Shown here one piece after another: positions 47,263 to 56,274 of a stretch of DNA of 64,000 nucleotides. The translations under genes were made by a program, and so were the position numbers. The notes under the pieces were generated by a model. That model made no database searches and was not told where the DNA came from. It saw only the letters and a list, made by a program, of their open reading frames with translations. The first letter of the stretch is position 1; each line of letters starts with the position of its first letter. Origin of the DNA: a virus; IMG/VR virus record IMGVR_UViG_3300045988_175722, positions 1 to 64,000 of that record; one strand, given 5' to 3'.

Positions 47263-47880
47263 ATGAAGAAGAATTATTTGTTTGATGTTGGCGGCTTGCT
47301 ACAGGTGCTGCAAGCCATCCAGGAGGGAAAGCCCGTGGAGTATCGTCCATTAGAGGAACCTAATTGGCGAGAGTTCAACCCAGAGGATTGCGGTATTGAT
47401 ACTGAGAACTGTAAATATCGCGTTAAGCCTTGCGAGTATGGAGACAGCTCGGGTATAGAACCTATCCGTCCGGAAGATTTAGAGGAAGACAGAATCTATC
47501 TTTTGAGAAGCCGAGATTACGGTAATGATAAGGGATTTCTTTGCGTAAAAAGTAATATGTGGAAATGGAATAAGTTAATGTCTTTGCATTTTTCTTATAT
47601 TATTGAGAATGACAGTAGCGCTGTGTTGAGTATATGCGATCCTAATACCTGGAAATGTAGTCATAGCGAGTACTCGGAAAGTTTTGCCAACAGCATTTCC
47701 TCTAATCTCGCAGTTTGTAACTTTGATGATGTAGTGTGCTATGAGCCATCTTTAGCACAAGTTCAGATGCTGGAGTCTAAGCTGCGCGAAATAGGTTATG
47801 AGCTCAAAAACGGAGAAATGATAAAGATAGATGAAAACGAAGAACAAACAACAAGGCATGAATGCAGAACAGCAAAATGA
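47263..47880 (+). CDS. hypothetical protein
   Basis: The track ORF 47197..47880 is trimmed to MKKNYLF (ATG 47263), just past the previous stop at 47234. 205 aa. Confidence 0.65.
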   Translation: MKKNYLFDVGGLLQVLQAIQEGKPVEYRPLEEPNWREFNPEDCGIDTENCKYRVKPCEYGDSSGIEPIRPEDLEEDRIYLLRSRDYGNDKGFLCVKSNMWKWNKLMSLHFSYIIENDSSAVLSICDPNTWKCSHSEYSESFANSISSNLAVCNFDDVVCYEPSLAQVQMLESKLREIGYELKNGEMIKIDENEEQTTRHECRTAK

Positions 47881-48205
47881 TACGGCGAGTTTCTTGCGTA
47901 TACCCGTTCCTTGCTTCATGCTTCCTTTGTATAAGGAAAGAAAAATAAACATAGCATTCGTACCTTTTTACTCAGAGTGGAAGAAAGAATTGCTTTTGTC
48001 AGAAAAGCCTACAGGTGATGGAGGCATGGAATACATTTTTAAGCAATATGATTTCGTGCAGATATACAATGAAGATGATCCATCCATGCAGGTAACGAGA
48101 ATGTTTCAGGGATTTGCCCTGGATAGTTGCGGAACTCCCGAGGAGAAGAAGAAAACTCCATCGGTAGGCATTAACTTTAATCAGGTTGTTATCTATTTCA
48201 GATAG
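47831..48205 (+). CDS. hypothetical protein (start uncertain)
   Basis: 124-aa ORF that overlaps the previous gene by 50 nt. Internal ATGs at 47858 and 47918 are alternative starts. Confidence 0.5.
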   Translation: MKTKNKQQGMNAEQQNDTASFLRIPVPCFMLPLYKERKINIAFVPFYSEWKKELLLSEKPTGDGGMEYIFKQYDFVQIYNEDDPSMQVTRMFQGFALDSCGTPEEKKKTPSVGINFNQVVIYFR

Positions 48206-48257
48206 ATAAAGTAATTTGCCCGTAGGTAAGTCAAGAAAATAAAAAGATTTATAGATT

Positions 48258-48911
48258 ATGGAAAAGATTGAATTTACGAAGGAACAGATAGAAAAGATAG
48301 CTGAAGACATCAGCGTAATCTGCTTCCGCTCTAACTCGGAGGCAAAGAAGTTTTTGCTTATGGAATATCCGAAGGTTAAAGATGTGTTTGGTAACTCTTG
48401 TATCTGGGATGATCCTATCTATAATAAGGAACACCCCCAGGAAGTGAAAAGCGTGCTGCCTAGTTTTGAGGCAGTGCATACTTTTGGCTCACCGGCTTTA
48501 TTCAAACCAACTCTTGCTGAGATTATCCAGGCTTGCCCTATCAACCTTCTTGGGAACTTTAACGCTGTCACTATCCATTATAATGGTTTTGCAGAGAATG
48601 CTTCCAAGCATCAGAGTATCGTGACTCCTTACGTGATTTGTGAGAAGAAGAAGCCATTCGTTCCTTGTTTCAGTGATGAAGAGGAGAAGAAGCTGCATCC
48701 TTCGCCATTGAAGATAGGCGACCTTGTAGGTACTATCATTGACGAGTTCTGCCAGGTAAGCATTGATACTATCCAGCCTGATACCCGCAACCTTCAGACC
48801 TTATTTGAGGGTCCGATGAATGAAGTCCCCGAGAAGTACCTGGATAAGCATTTCCGTCCGATAGAGATTATTAAGGACTACGGAGATGAGATACATTTAA
48901 TCATTAACTAA
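48258..48911 (+). CDS. hypothetical protein
   Basis: 217-aa ORF. The leader AAAGATTTATAGATT-ATG is identical to that of 20368. Confidence 0.7.
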   Translation: MEKIEFTKEQIEKIAEDISVICFRSNSEAKKFLLMEYPKVKDVFGNSCIWDDPIYNKEHPQEVKSVLPSFEAVHTFGSPALFKPTLAEIIQACPINLLGNFNAVTIHYNGFAENASKHQSIVTPYVICEKKKPFVPCFSDEEEKKLHPSPLKIGDLVGTIIDEFCQVSIDTIQPDTRNLQTLFEGPMNEVPEKYLDKHFRPIEIIKDYGDEIHLIIN

Positions 48912-48919
48912 GCTTTATC

Positions 48920-49501
48920 ATGTTTGAGATATACGTTAAAATGAAGAGAAAGAAGTGCTGGAAACTCGCTATAGAGGTTCCCAACGCTTGGGGTGGAATG
49001 CCTCACCTTTGGATGTATTTAGAAAAGAAATACCTTCCATCTTACGTACCGGTAGGAGTTGATGGGAAACCGCTGGATATGGAATGGGTGAAGGAAAAAC
49101 AGGCAAAAGGTGAATATGCAAGCCGTTGGGTCTATGCTTCATCCAAAAAGGAGATTGAGGACCTACAGAAAGATTTCCGCCTAACTTATGAGGAAATGAT
49201 GGTATTCAGATCTACTTTTGATTTTGCAAAGGTTCTAGGCGAAGATATACCAGTTTACCTTGAATGCTTGAAGGTTGTCGCTGATGAATGTGGAGGCATA
49301 TATCCACAACAATACGAAAAGCTGAGAGCCTTTATTAAGGTTCATAGCATAAATGACATAGAGGCAATCGCCTTCAACCAGACAAGCGTAAACTGTGCCT
49401 ATGATTTCTTTGGCAACAGATATAATGCGCCAGTAGATAACTTTTGGGACTGTATGTGTCCAAAGGATTTTTACAACAACCTCAGAAAAGAAACGAAATG
49501 A
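48920..49501 (+). CDS. hypothetical protein
   Basis: 193-aa ORF. Confidence 0.7.
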   Translation: MFEIYVKMKRKKCWKLAIEVPNAWGGMPHLWMYLEKKYLPSYVPVGVDGKPLDMEWVKEKQAKGEYASRWVYASSKKEIEDLQKDFRLTYEEMMVFRSTFDFAKVLGEDIPVYLECLKVVADECGGIYPQQYEKLRAFIKVHSINDIEAIAFNQTSVNCAYDFFGNRYNAPVDNFWDCMCPKDFYNNLRKETK

Positions 49502-50004
49502 ATGCAAGAGCGTTTTTCGATCTGGTGACTAATATAAATAGTAAGATTATGAAAAGAAATTTTAAGTATATGATTAAAAAAGCTGTCGTTAAGCTGAATG
49601 ACGCATTAGAACTTCTCTTGTCGGCCACCCTAATCTATGCTTTAGAAAAACTGGCGATTATCGTTCTCTCTCCTAACCCACCAACGCAAGAGGTGCAAGC
49701 CCGCTTCATTTTTGCTCTAATAGTAGTCTTTCTCGACATCATTTATTATTTCATTATCGATTTCTTCACGATAAACTGGAGAAGATGGAGAAGAAGAAGG
49801 CTTGCGAAGTTAAAGGCGCAGAAAGATACAGAAAAGTCTCGAACAGCAGCAGAGAATAGTAAGCTAGCGGCTGCGATTATCCAGGCAGAAATAGAGAAGG
49901 GCATGGCGGGTTTTTGGGGAGGTATAGAAATTCCGCAAAGGCGGATGAGTAAGGAAGGTATCAATAAGACTGAAACGTTAAAAGATAAAAAGAAAAAACA
50001 ATAA
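49498..50004 (+). CDS. membrane protein
   Basis: Trimmed to MNARAFF (ATG 49498), which gives an ATGA overlap with the previous stop. 168 aa with two TM helices and an RRWRRRRL patch. Confidence 0.65.
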   Translation: MNARAFFDLVTNINSKIMKRNFKYMIKKAVVKLNDALELLLSATLIYALEKLAIIVLSPNPPTQEVQARFIFALIVVFLDIIYYFIIDFFTINWRRWRRRRLAKLKAQKDTEKSRTAAENSKLAAAIIQAEIEKGMAGFWGGIEIPQRRMSKEGINKTETLKDKKKKQ

Positions 50005-50011
50005 GATTACT

Positions 50012-50043
50012 AGCCCCCGTTCCCAGCGATTCCATCGCTGGTC
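50012..50043 (+). repeat. HP32 hairpin element copy 8
   Basis: AGCCCCCGTTC CCAGCGAT TCC ATCGCTGG TC. 8 nt after stop 50004. Confidence 0.9.
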
Positions 50044-50141
50044 AGCAGGCAAAAGCAGCGGCGGGCAATACCCTTTTGTCCCCGCCATCCAAAAATTAAG
50101 TATTAACTTTGCAAATAGAAAAATAAAGATTTATAGAGAAT

Positions 50142-50612
50142 ATGACAGAATTGGAACAATATGAACTCCTGGGGGAGTTGAAAGACCTTGCAGAATGGAT
50201 GCAAAATAGCGCACCTGGTTTCGATGTAGAGGAGTATAGATCGCTCGAAGAGCAGATAAAGAGTCTGAATCAGGATTCGGGTGATTTCTATGAGGTCATT
50301 ATTGAAATCCATTTTAATAATGGCAGATACATCATTCTCCACAATCAAGCCTTTGAGGCTTTGGTGCAGGATTCATATATAGGTGATGAGATTGATGCTA
50401 CGTCGAAGGATACGGTGATAGGAGTTACATACACAGACCCAGAGACAGACTATACGCAGATGGTGATTCCTATCAGTTCCATCTGCTACATTTCTGCCTA
50501 CACCCAAGAAATCAAGTGGCAGGAGCGATGGGATGCACTGAGCAGAGATAAGAAAGATGACTGCATTGCAGCCTTCGACAAATGGTATTCCAAGAGCCAG
50601 CAAGAGAAATAA
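50142..50612 (+). CDS. acidic hypothetical protein
   Basis: 156-aa ORF. Leader AAAGATTTATAGAGAAT-ATG. Confidence 0.7.
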   Translation: MTELEQYELLGELKDLAEWMQNSAPGFDVEEYRSLEEQIKSLNQDSGDFYEVIIEIHFNNGRYIILHNQAFEALVQDSYIGDEIDATSKDTVIGVTYTDPETDYTQMVIPISSICYISAYTQEIKWQERWDALSRDKKDDCIAAFDKWYSKSQQEK

Positions 50613-50808
50613 GAATTTTTCATTCTTCTAAATAATATATATAATAGTTTTCAATCTTGTTTTATAAGATAGTTTTTATTTATAATGTATTTAGATTACC
50701 TAAGCCCTCCTTCGTTGTGATAACGCGGGAGGCTTCTTTAGTCAAGGTCAAACGTGTAATAATGTAGTTTTTGTATTCTTACAAATAATTGGTTTTGTAT
50801 AAAGAAGA

Positions 50809-50837
50809 GGGGCGATTGTCGTGATGACAGTCGCCCC
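50809..50837. terminator. bidirectional terminator between convergent 50142..50612 and terL
   Basis: GGGGCGATTGTC / GTGAT / GACAGTCGCCCC (one G.T pair). Flanked by AAAGAAGA and TTTGTTCTTT. 16 nt from the terL stop. Confidence 0.7.
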
Positions 50838-50852
50838 TTTGTTCTTTACTTG

Positions 50853-52856
50853 CTATACGTTCCTTCCGTCCGGCAATACGAACCAGCCGATATTGCCTCG
50901 CCAGAACTTGCAGCCAAGATATAAGGAGTCGAAGGCATCAGTGAAGTCTGTTCTCTGCTGCAACGGCAGGTTGTCTTCCGTCTCCGCTTTCTTCTCCTGA
51001 CTTTTATCCTTTCGGAATCCCTGGTAGCCGATGCTCACTTCACAGAGCTGCATGGCGATAATCAAATCGGGGTTCTGAGTCTGATTGATACGGATGGCAG
51101 GATATTCTATGCCGGCAAGAGAATTATTGATAATGCGATGTTTCACCTCGTGCTTCTCCGGCACACCCATATCTATCGCCGTCACATTCCATCCATTACG
51201 CTCCAATTCTTTAATTACAGCCTGATAGAATCTCTCATCAGTCAGTGCATACGATGCACCCTGCTTGGCGGTGGCATCGTAGAAGTAAACCACGTCTCTG
51301 TTGATGGCTCTCTTCGGAGCATAGTAATGCGAGAAATCATCTACCAACTCCCTCAGTTTGCGCTCGTTCTTCACATAAAAACTCTTGATAACATTCACTG
51401 CCTCTACTCCGTCACGCTGATATACCTGGCCTACCACCAGGGTATTGATGTTGGCATTATAGTCAAATGCGAGATAGAGAGGAAGGTCGTTCACGCAGTC
51501 AGCATCCATACGGCAATCGTTTCTCTCGGACAGTTCCTTCAAGTTCGGCTGATAACTTTCCGAAGTAATCTTCTTGCCGCCGATGATACCCATAGCCTTC
51601 TGGGTGCTCCAGTTGGCTTGACTCAGAGGGTCTATTCCCTCGTCAGGAATATAACCGTGAACATGATCTATATCCAGATTAGAATAGAAACCATCGTTCG
51701 ATTTCTTGATTTTTACGTTCAAAATACTGACCATGAAGGTGTAATTAGGCAAATCTCGCTTCATGGTGCGGATGTAGTCTTCACTCAATAAGTCCACATT
51801 GTCGAGGGTAGAAGCACGCCTAACGAGAAATGCCGAGCGGCGAAGCTCTCTCAGTTCGTCTTCCCGAAACTCTTTTGATTTGTCGAACTTTTGCATCTCC
51901 CACCATTCTTCATCAGTTACCAGATATTCGTAATCATAGATGAGTTCTGCATCCGCTGCATCCACCAGCTTGTAGTTTACCGCCATATCCACCATGTTCT
52001 TGGTGAGCTGGTTGCCGTGGTTAGGCAGAATCTTAAACTGCCCCTCGTGCTTAATCATCTTGAGGGCGATGGCACGTATCATCAATCTCAAATCGGGTGG
52101 CACGGCATGAGGGGTATGCCCGGTCTTTTTGGCATTATAGATAAGGTCGTTGTAACGGATAATCTTGTTTGCATAGTCTTCCAACTGCTCCTGCACCCAT
52201 CGGTAAGTCTTGCCTTGAAATTTACCTGATTCTATCGTAAGGTCAAGTTTCTCCTCCTCGCGCTCCAGCCAACTGCCCTTGGTAGTAAGCGAAGCATCAG
52301 ATAGGAATCTTGTCGATTTATAGAGTGGGTTGTAATCAGTAAAGTTGATGTTGCCCAAGGGGTGAGTCTGGCCTGATAATGCCGGCATCAACTCATCGGT
52401 TACTTTCTTGTAAGGGAAGAACCTGGCTTCGTCACCTACCATCGCGGAAAAAGTGTAACTGTTGGCACTTGCGGTCTGCGAGAGGGAGATGAGCACCCAC
52501 TGGGCACCATTCGCAAACCAAATAATATTGTCATAGCTTTTCGGCTTAAAGATAGCCTCACGGGCGTGCTTCGGTGGTCGTCCCCAACCGAAATGAATGC
52601 CCTGCGTAAAGCCGAACATTCTCTCCATGGCAGCCATGGTACCAGGAATAGTTTTGCCGAATCCCTGCTGCCGTGATACGGCTACCCAGGCTCCCAGCAT
52701 ACCGGGCATAGAGTTAGAAGCCATCCAGACGTAAGGAGCCACAAGACCGTCGGTTTTACCCACACGTCTTGCGGCAATCACCCTTTCATCCTTCGCAGCC
52801 ATATATAATGACTGCTGCTGGAATTTGGTTAGGTATATCAAATGTGGTTGTTGCAT
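50853..52856 (-). CDS. terL: terminase large subunit
   Basis: 667 aa. Walker A-like AARRVGKTDG near the N-terminus and Walker B-like AMVGDEARFF. The C-terminal nuclease-type acidic motifs (LAFDYNAN, FYDATAKQG, DAFDSL) are in the order expected for TerL. Confidence 0.7.
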   Translation of the reverse strand: MQQPHLIYLTKFQQQSLYMAAKDERVIAARRVGKTDGLVAPYVWMASNSMPGMLGAWVAVSRQQGFGKTIPGTMAAMERMFGFTQGIHFGWGRPPKHAREAIFKPKSYDNIIWFANGAQWVLISLSQTASANSYTFSAMVGDEARFFPYKKVTDELMPALSGQTHPLGNINFTDYNPLYKSTRFLSDASLTTKGSWLEREEEKLDLTIESGKFQGKTYRWVQEQLEDYANKIIRYNDLIYNAKKTGHTPHAVPPDLRLMIRAIALKMIKHEGQFKILPNHGNQLTKNMVDMAVNYKLVDAADAELIYDYEYLVTDEEWWEMQKFDKSKEFREDELRELRRSAFLVRRASTLDNVDLLSEDYIRTMKRDLPNYTFMVSILNVKIKKSNDGFYSNLDIDHVHGYIPDEGIDPLSQANWSTQKAMGIIGGKKITSESYQPNLKELSERNDCRMDADCVNDLPLYLAFDYNANINTLVVGQVYQRDGVEAVNVIKSFYVKNERKLRELVDDFSHYYAPKRAINRDVVYFYDATAKQGASYALTDERFYQAVIKELERNGWNVTAIDMGVPEKHEVKHRIINNSLAGIEYPAIRINQTQNPDLIIAMQLCEVSIGYQGFRKDKSQEKKAETEDNLPLQQRTDFTDAFDSLYLGCKFWRGNIGWFVLPDGRNV

Positions 52857-52922
52857 ATTTTAAAATTTTGTTATCCTGAATGTATGTTGATTTAGCCGCG
52901 TCCTTGCGCCCGTTAGGCGTTC

Positions 52923-52943
52923 CTGCGGATTTGAAATCCGCAG
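52923..52943 (-). terminator. 9-bp hairpin between 52965..53246 and terL
   Basis: CTGCGGATT / TGA / AATCCGCAG. No clear T tract on the minus strand. Confidence 0.3.
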
Positions 52944-52964
52944 ACATGCCAGTTTTTTACAGTC

Positions 52965-53246
52965 TTAGAGAAATTTTGCGGGCTGGCAATCATCGATTAG
53001 CTTGCGTGTTTCTTTGGCACACTCAGCCACGCATCTCTCGACTGCCTCGGTGATGTCTTGAATTTGATTCTCACGCATATTGCCGTATTTATCGCAAGTA
53101 TCGTTTATTATTTTGTAGAGAACCTGATTTTGTAAAGCCTCCATATAATCTACGTACTCCTTGCAAGTACTGCGCCGAGGTGCTTGCACCCATTTAAGGA
53201 AGTCCTGTTTCCAGTCTTTCCATGTTTTTATTTTTATTACTATCAT
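52965..53246 (-). CDS. hypothetical protein
   Basis: 93-aa ORF in the minus-strand operon. Confidence 0.6.
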   Translation of the reverse strand: MIVIKIKTWKDWKQDFLKWVQAPRRSTCKEYVDYMEALQNQVLYKIINDTCDKYGNMRENQIQDITEAVERCVAECAKETRKLIDDCQPAKFL

Positions 53247-53252
53247 TGTTGC

Positions 53253-53576
53253 TTACATTTTAAATTGTCGTTTCAAAAACTGGTTGCTCTTTATGAGTTC
53301 TATCATTTCTTCTTCTGAGTGTACTCCCTCCCAGAAGAGTTCGGTATGGTCTCCGACCCTATCTTCATCTACAGAGAAAGGCACGCCATAGTTAGTATAG
53401 GTTTCGCCGTGGTGTTGAATCAGGTGACGACCTGGATTTTTCCGGATGTTTTCTATCCAGACTTCATTATCACACTCGCACCATTTATTATACTCCTCTC
53501 CTGTCAGTGTCATATCAATACCGATAGGGTAGTGCCCGGAGCACCCATTGGTTCCGAAGTAAATAATCTTTGCCAT
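53253..53576 (-). CDS. hypothetical protein
   Basis: 107-aa ORF in the minus-strand operon. Confidence 0.65.
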   Translation of the reverse strand: MAKIIYFGTNGCSGHYPIGIDMTLTGEEYNKWCECDNEVWIENIRKNPGRHLIQHHGETYTNYGVPFSVDEDRVGDHTELFWEGVHSEEEMIELIKSNQFLKRQFKM

Positions 53577-53588
53577 AATTTCGCAGAT

Positions 53589-54359
53589 TTAAAATAGGCT
53601 AGGCTGCGCCATTTCGAGCTGAATACGCTTGCAAGCCTTGTCGTAATATTCTTTGTTCAGCTCAAAGCCGATGAAGTTCCTCTTTTCTCTGATGCAGGCG
53701 ATTGCGGTAGTTCCGCTGCCCATGCAATTATCGAGAACGCACCCCCCCACATTAGTATAAGTACATATAAGATACTGGATAAGAGCTACTGGCTTTTGCG
53801 TAGGGTGGAAGGTATCGGCAGAATGTTCTTTATCAAAGCAGATAATGCTCTTTGGGAATTTTTCATCTGATACGATAGTAGGCACTTCTTTATGGTCTCC
53901 ATAACAGCCTCGCTTCAAACTATGCGAGCCATCTCCCCTTCGATGATTCCTTTGATGTGGCGCACATTTTACCATTTGAGGATTGTAGACAGGTTGTTTT
54001 CGATAAAATACAGCAATATCCTCATGTGAGCGCAGAGGCATCTTGTTGGCATTCAGAAAGCCTGTTACCCGTTGTTTGCTCCAAATAAGATTATATTTCC
54101 AGAGTTTCGGCTGCGACATCATAAGTTGTGCGGTAAACATACCTTGGCAGAAAAGGATAATGGCTGCATTGGGTTTGGTTATGCGCAGATATTCCTTCCA
54201 TAATGGCTCAAGCGGGATAATGCTATCCCAGCCACCGCCCTCACTCTTTTTATTGAGAACGCCATACGGCAAATCGCAGATAATGCAATCCACGCTTGCG
54301 TCCGGAATCTTTTTCATTCCTACCAGGCAATCCTCATTATAAATCTTATTTAATTCCAT
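53589..54359 (-). CDS. DNA methyltransferase, N4/N6 beta-class
   Basis: 256 aa. Motif IV variant CIICDLPYG is near the N-terminus. The SAM motif CMGSGTTAIAC followed by RNFIGFELNKEYY is near the C-terminus, the typical N6_N4_Mtase order. Confidence 0.8.
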   Translation of the reverse strand: MELNKIYNEDCLVGMKKIPDASVDCIICDLPYGVLNKKSEGGGWDSIIPLEPLWKEYLRITKPNAAIILFCQGMFTAQLMMSQPKLWKYNLIWSKQRVTGFLNANKMPLRSHEDIAVFYRKQPVYNPQMVKCAPHQRNHRRGDGSHSLKRGCYGDHKEVPTIVSDEKFPKSIICFDKEHSADTFHPTQKPVALIQYLICTYTNVGGCVLDNCMGSGTTAIACIREKRNFIGFELNKEYYDKACKRIQLEMAQPSLF

Positions 54360-54379
54360 CCTCTATAAAACTGTTTTTA

Positions 54380-54977
54380 TCAATTAAACCATTTTAGAAT
54401 AGTTTCTCCTTTATATCCTTTTTCCCAGATAAACCAGGCATAGGCTTGAGCGCTACCAGCCATTGCATCGAAATCGCCATTGGCAGCACATTTCAGTCGT
54501 GAACTGCTTACCCATACTCTGCATGGAGGCTGTGTTCTAAACAGATGCCTTCTTCCTTTCCCTTCAAGAAAAGTAAGTTTTAGAAACATAGCAACCTTTC
54601 TTCCTTTCGGAATAATCTGCAAAGCCTTTTCCACGAACTCTAACGCAAATCGGTATGGTGGATTGGTAACAATATCTCCATTCCATTCTATGTTGTCGAT
54701 GGAAAGAAAATCTGCAACATCACCATAACCTCTATCTATCAAGTCACGGCTGACTACATCGTAGCCATGAGCCTTTAACACTTTGCTAATATGTCCTTCG
54801 CCGCAGGAAGGTTCCAAAATTACCCCCCCCCGTAAAATGCTCTATCTTACAGAGCCATTCGGTAGCTGCGGGTTCTGTGGCATAGTAGTCTTCTTTTTGG
54901 CGCTCACCATTTTTGTGATTGCTAGCGCCCAAAGTCTTAAACACGGCAGCCTTGCCGCCTACCCAGTCTTTTGCCAT
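54380..54977 (-). pseudogene. N6-adenine DNA methyltransferase, out of frame at a G9 homopolymer (phase-OFF state or sequencing error)
   Basis: N-terminal ORF 54786..54977 (...DYYATEPAATEWLCKIEHFTGGG) and C-terminal ORF 54380..54817 (LEPSCGEGH...TNPPY) are in different frames. They are joined by C9 on the + strand (54823-54831). G8 would give ...HFTGGVILEPSCGEG... in frame. Confidence 0.75.
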
Positions 54978-55010
54978 AAAGTCTATAAACTATTAACTAT
55001 AAATTATTAA

Positions 55011-55238
55011 CTATCTTAACTTTCCAATGTGCCATTTCGAGCACACCTTGCACTGATAAGCCGTATATCCTGCAGCCATGATTTTTTGGTGCAGCTTCAG
55101 AAACTCGCAGGCTTCATCTTCACTCTCGTAGGCAACCTTGGCTTTCCAGCCGTGACTGCTTTTCCTCGTCCAGTGTTCCGGATCAGGACGGAAGGGAGGT
55201 ATCTTGTTGGGATGATGATTTCCGTATCGCTTACTCAT
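55011..55238 (-). CDS. hypothetical small protein
   Basis: 75 aa. C-terminal CKVCSKWH motif. Confidence 0.6.
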   Translation of the reverse strand: MSKRYGNHHPNKIPPFRPDPEHWTRKSSHGWKAKVAYESEDEACEFLKLHQKIMAAGYTAYQCKVCSKWHIGKLR

Positions 55239-56016
55239 CGGCTGGTTCCTCCTTCATTTCTTTAGCCTGCTGACCAGCCTCCTTCTCTTCCATCACCTCT
55301 TCCATATAGTCGAAGTAATCAGGAGCTTTTTCCGGAGTAGCATTCAGACTCTCCTCATCGGCTATCTGCTGCATATCCTTCACCGTAAGACCGTACTTGC
55401 GAGCCATCTTGCGCTTATACTCATCGGTATAGTTGATGCGGTCGTGCTTCACGATGCTAACATCCTGCGTAATGGCAATGCGGCTCATATCCGGCATCTC
55501 ATCCGTAGCATCCTTATCCTCCACGAAGTTGCCATATACATTAGCCAGGGCTTGCATACCCTTATCCACCGCTCGGTCGTTGTTCTGCTGTTTGCCGGTA
55601 CGAATCAGCCATTCAGCGCTGCTCAGATACATCGCCTTGTGACGAGGGCTTTCATCGGTCTGGAAGAAACGGATGATGTGGTTGCATACCGCCACATCAT
55701 TATTCAGTTCCGTAACCGTTCGGGGTTTGATATTTCCTTCCTCGTCAATATCAATATGCAGCGCCATCACCATCTCCTGCGCCTCTTTGTTGCCCTGTCC
55801 TGCCTGGTTCACGAAGAGCGTATAATCGCGCCGTGCGATATTGCGGCAGGTGGTACGCGGGTCTATATCGTTGTTCTGCACCCATCGCTTGTAGAACTCG
55901 GCACAAATCTGCATGCGGTACCGCTGTTCCAGTTTGGGGAACATCGTCTCCATGCTGAGACCATTGGATAGCCACTTATCTATCCTCTGCAGGGTGTTTT
56001 GCGTTAATTGGCTCAT
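55231..56016 (-). CDS. hypothetical protein, first gene of the packaging/methylase operon (small terminase is possible but unsupported)
   Basis: 261-aa ORF. The + strand ORFs on top of it are treated as shadows. Confidence 0.7.
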   Translation of the reverse strand: MSQLTQNTLQRIDKWLSNGLSMETMFPKLEQRYRMQICAEFYKRWVQNNDIDPRTTCRNIARRDYTLFVNQAGQGNKEAQEMVMALHIDIDEEGNIKPRTVTELNNDVAVCNHIIRFFQTDESPRHKAMYLSSAEWLIRTGKQQNNDRAVDKGMQALANVYGNFVEDKDATDEMPDMSRIAITQDVSIVKHDRINYTDEYKRKMARKYGLTVKDMQQIADEESLNATPEKAPDYFDYMEEVMEEKEAGQQAKEMKEEPADE

Positions 56017-56056
56017 TTTGCTTTGCAGTGTTTAATGTTATTTTTATATCTGCCCA

Positions 56057-56064
56057 CAAAATTA
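56057..56064 (-). promoter_or_regulatory. -7 box TAATTTTG for the minus-strand operon
   Basis: The + strand CAAAATTA at 56057-56064 is TAATTTTG on the minus strand, 40 nt upstream of ATG 56016. Confidence 0.45.
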
Positions 56065-56101
56065 CGAAATCACCCCTAAATGATTGGGACAAGGGGGATG
56101 C

Positions 56102-56189
56102 AGTTGATAGTTGATAGTTTATAGTTAACAGCATCCTTGCTCAAAGGCGCTAGCTTCTATAAACTATAAACTGTAAACTATCAACTATA
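56102..56189. repeat. large imperfect palindrome built from short tandem repeats (GTTGATAG / TATAAACTA)
   Basis: The left arm AGTTGATAGTTGATAGTTTATAGTTAAC (56102-56129) is mirrored by TTCTATAAACTATAAACTGTAAACTATCAACTAT (56156-56189). An outer GGGACAA (56086-92) / TTGTCCC (56193-99) pair encloses it. Confidence 0.8.
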
Positions 56190-56220
56190 TTTTTGTCCCC
56201 GTCTTAGGGCAAAAATATTC

Positions 56221-56228
56221 TACCTTTG
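56221..56228 (+). promoter_or_regulatory. -7 box TACCTTTG upstream of the holin gene
   Basis: Exact TAnnTTTG 47 nt before ATG 56275. TTTG at 56192-56195 has a non-canonical 25-nt spacing. Confidence 0.45.
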
Positions 56229-56274
56229 TATCGTATTAAAGACAACATAGGATAACATTAAAAAGAAAAAAGAA

